A DNA stretch of 64,000 nucleotides from an uncultured Planctomycetaceae bacterium. GTDB taxonomy: Bacteria > Planctomycetota > Planctomycetia > Planctomycetales > Planctomycetaceae. A model generated the notes under the pieces. It saw only the letters and a list, made by a program, of their open reading frames with translations. It was not told the origin of the DNA and did not search any database. Both the position numbers and the translations under genes were made by a program. Shown here one piece after another: positions 61,364-64,000 of this stretch. Positions within the stretch are counted from its first letter, which is position 1. Each line of letters opens with the position of its first letter. The DNA is taken from the NCBI GenBank assembly GCA_963813715.1, contig CAWFAK010000002.1, positions 107,690 through 171,689 on the forward strand. Direction: 5' to 3'.

Positions 61364-62380
61364 ATGAGCACGTTCACTCGAGCCTGTCTAAACACCTCGA
61401 TCGTCGTCGCAATCACATTGCTTTCAGCACGACCGACCTTTGCAGACAAGGGGACGGGGCCCTTTCGCGTCTCCCAAACGATGGCGGTGGGTGGCGACGA
61501 GAGTTGGGACTACGTCGCCGTCGACGCGGATCGCAAGCTCCTGTACCTGCCCCGCAGCTCGCATACGATGGTTATCGATGCGACCAACGGCAAAATCGTC
61601 AGTGACATTCCGGGACAAAAACACAACCATGGTGTCGCGCTCGTCCCCAGCGCCGGACGCGGTTTCATTTCCGACGGGAGCGATGCCGCGGTTGTTGTCT
61701 TCGATCTGAAAACAAGCGTGGTGCTGGGCAAGATCAAGGCCGAGGAAGACGCGGACGGCATCATCTACGATCCGGCTAGCCGCAAGGTGTTTGTCGTCTG
61801 CGGCGATGCAAGCGTCGCGATCCCGATTCCGGCGGACGTCGACCCAGCTTCTGGTAAAGCGGACGCCCCAATCCAATTGGGAGGCAAGCCGGAGTACCTC
61901 GCCTCCGACGGCCAGGGCAAGCTTTACATTGACCTGGTCGATAAAGATCAGGTTGCGGTCGTCGACACTAAAACAATGCAAGTCGTCGACAAATGGTCGA
62001 CCCGCCCCGGCGGCAAACCCGTCGGCCTGTCAATCGATCCCAAACAGCGCCGGTTATTCGTGGGCTGCCGTAACCCACAAAAACTGATCGTGATGAGCGC
62101 GGATGACGGCAAAGTGATCGGCGACCTGCCGATCGGCGCCGGCTGCGACGGCACGCAATTCGACAACGGTTATGCCTTCGCCAGTTGCCGCGACGCCTCG
62201 CTCACCGTGGCTCACGAAAACTCTTCCGGAAAATTCGAGGTTGTGCAAACACTGAAAACTCGGGACGGTGCCAAAACTCTCTGCGTCGATCCGACCACCC
62301 ACTCCGTGTTTCTTCCGGCACCCAGTCCGAAACCGAACCCGTTCGTGGTCCTGGTCGTGACCCCGTCTTCGGACAGGTAG
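61364..62380 (+). CDS. Secreted YncE-like beta-propeller protein
   Basis: Signal peptide; GG...WDY..VD....LY, HGVAL, DGIIYDP, G.PE....DG.G, P.GL.ID....RLF.GC, GA.T...D. Confidence 0.85.
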   Translation: MSTFTRACLNTSIVVAITLLSARPTFADKGTGPFRVSQTMAVGGDESWDYVAVDADRKLLYLPRSSHTMVIDATNGKIVSDIPGQKHNHGVALVPSAGRGFISDGSDAAVVVFDLKTSVVLGKIKAEEDADGIIYDPASRKVFVVCGDASVAIPIPADVDPASGKADAPIQLGGKPEYLASDGQGKLYIDLVDKDQVAVVDTKTMQVVDKWSTRPGGKPVGLSIDPKQRRLFVGCRNPQKLIVMSADDGKVIGDLPIGAGCDGTQFDNGYAFASCRDASLTVAHENSSGKFEVVQTLKTRDGAKTLCVDPTTHSVFLPAPSPKPNPFVVLVVTPSSDR

Positions 62381-62474
62381 ACGATGGGGAGATTAACGCG
62401 GCGGGCGTTCTGTCGTTTTGTGCGATTAGCCCGATCTTGTGCGTGTCCAATTCACCCAGGGCATGAGGTACCTT

Positions 62475-63524
62475 ATGAAGAAGTTTCCCCAAAACCGCAG
62501 CACCCTTCTTGCGGCCGCCGTCGGCCTGTCGACGTGTTTAGGCCTCGCCCACATCGTTGCGGCCGACGACATCGCGGCCAAGCCCTACAAGATACTTGCC
62601 ACCACGCAGATTCCCGCCGCCGGGCGGATCGACTACGTTACTGCGGACAGCGTCAATCGCCGGGTTTATGTCGCCTGCGGCAATGCGGTCAGTGTTTTCG
62701 ACCTCGATACCTACAAGCTCGCGGGCACTCTGGCCAATGCGTCCGGGCATGGCGTCGCGATCGACCCGGAAAACCATACGGGTCTGGTCTCCGGCAATCC
62801 CGCGACCTTTTTCAACACGAAGAGACTCGAAGCGATCAAGACCGTTCCGGCGCCGGGTGCGGACGGCTATCTCTTCGACGCCCCGACCCACCACTTTTTT
62901 CTTCTGAGTCATCGTGAACCCAACCTACTTGTGGTCGACTCCAAGGACGGTTCGATCGTCGGCAAGGTGGAGGCCATCGGCCCGAACGGCGCCAATGCCG
63001 CCGTCGAGCAGGGCGTCACGGACGGCGAGGGACATCTCTATTTTGACGTGGCCGACGCGCACCACATCGCCGTGGTGGACGCCAAAACCCTCAAGGTGAC
63101 CGGCCATTTCGACCTCGGCGAAAAAGGCAAAGGGCCGGCGGGCCTGGCCATCGATACCAAGAACCACATTCTTTTCGCGATGTGTCGCGGCGGAAGACGG
63201 GGCGAGGGCACGCCCACTTGTGTCATCCTCAGTGCAGTCGACGGCAAGATCATCACCTCTCTCCCTCTGGCCGGCGGCAGCGACGGTGCCGTTTTCAATC
63301 CTCGCACCATGGAGGCCTTTAGTTCGCACGGCAACGGCACGCTGAGCGTCATCAAGGAAAACAGCCCGACGGAATTTGCGGTGGAAGAGACCGTGAAAAC
63401 CAAAGCCCGCGCCAAAACCTGCACGCTGGATGACAAGACCGATCATGTGATCGTGATCACGCGCGAAGGGGGTCGCCAAGGCGGCGGCCCGCCGATCCTG
63501 GACGTTATGTTTATTGGTCGATAA
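62475..63524 (+). CDS. Secreted YncE-like beta-propeller protein (paralogue)
   Basis: GAGG SD; DYVTAD...RRVY, HGVAID, DG...D, DGEG..Y, P.GLAID...H.LF, G.DGA.F, AKT..LD. Confidence 0.85.
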   Translation: MKKFPQNRSTLLAAAVGLSTCLGLAHIVAADDIAAKPYKILATTQIPAAGRIDYVTADSVNRRVYVACGNAVSVFDLDTYKLAGTLANASGHGVAIDPENHTGLVSGNPATFFNTKRLEAIKTVPAPGADGYLFDAPTHHFFLLSHREPNLLVVDSKDGSIVGKVEAIGPNGANAAVEQGVTDGEGHLYFDVADAHHIAVVDAKTLKVTGHFDLGEKGKGPAGLAIDTKNHILFAMCRGGRRGEGTPTCVILSAVDGKIITSLPLAGGSDGAVFNPRTMEAFSSHGNGTLSVIKENSPTEFAVEETVKTKARAKTCTLDDKTDHVIVITREGGRQGGGPPILDVMFIGR

Positions 63525-64000
63525 GTTTTGGTATCGAAACCCCCGGGGTGCCATGCATGGCACTCCTCCGGATGAATTCGAGTCATCGGTGTAGCCGGCC
63601 CGCGCAAAGCCATGGGCGATGGCACCCAAAAGGCGTCGGACCGCACCTCCTCGAAGCCCCCGCTTCGTTCCGGTGAGTCAATCGGCGGCGTCAGCCCCGG
63701 ATTCCGCAGAAACTGATCTTGGACGAATCTCGTTTTTGTGGCTGAATGGAGAGAGCGGATCTCGGCGCGAGCGGTTTTTGTGCGCGTGGAGGGCAGTGAT
63801 CGGGACGCAGACAGTCCAATGTCGAGTGGGACGGGACACAATCACCCTCACGCCGGCCCTGTCCGCGGGGACGAAAAAGCGTACGCGGCGGGGTGGGGAT
63901 CCATTTTTCACATTGAGGATCGAGGGAGAAAAAGCCCCCGGCCGCCGGGACAAGTTGTCCCGCCGGGTCCGCCAGAAGTGGTCCCGCCGGGACGGGTCTC

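Overview
This is a high-GC (roughly 65%) bacterial chromosomal segment, very probably from Planctomycetota (Planctomycetaceae-like). The basis is the gene families present (orphan CpaC secretin, Wza paralogue, stand-alone CaMKII hub, Clp-N/ThiE fusion, short PheT, Hanks kinases) and REP-like palindromes. It holds about 48 coding regions. Housekeeping genes are mtnA, thiE, glyQS, comB, pcrA/uvrD, xerD, pcm, ygfZ, pheT, epmB, efp and miaB. These are interleaved with signalling genes (two Ser/Thr kinases, an HD-GYP pair, a receiver plus PP2C), transporters (a NitT/TauT-like ABC pair, a CzcA/CusA RND pump) and many secreted hypotheticals. At least 20 single-base frameshifts occur, including in efp and miaB, which most likely reflects long-read consensus errors rather than pseudogenes. 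No rRNA, tRNA, CRISPR array, transposase or phage gene was found. Most interesting signals: (1) a 71-aa OmpA/CpaD-like domain shared, without gaps, between a degenerate Gfo/Idh/MocA-like membrane protein and the lipoprotein coupled to the secretin, inside a cluster with Wza and low-complexity secreted proteins; (2) a ~380-bp non-coding, strand-biased GGA(C)-rich element with a central 11-7-11 palindrome whose right arm recurs at 60.8 kb; (3) a receiver domain fused to an RND adaptor, preceded by 20-bp-periodic direct repeats; (4) a 19-bp-periodic AAGTTTAYG array inside an ABC operon; (5) several exported or catalytically altered enzymes. All calls come from reading motifs by eye; no database searches were run.
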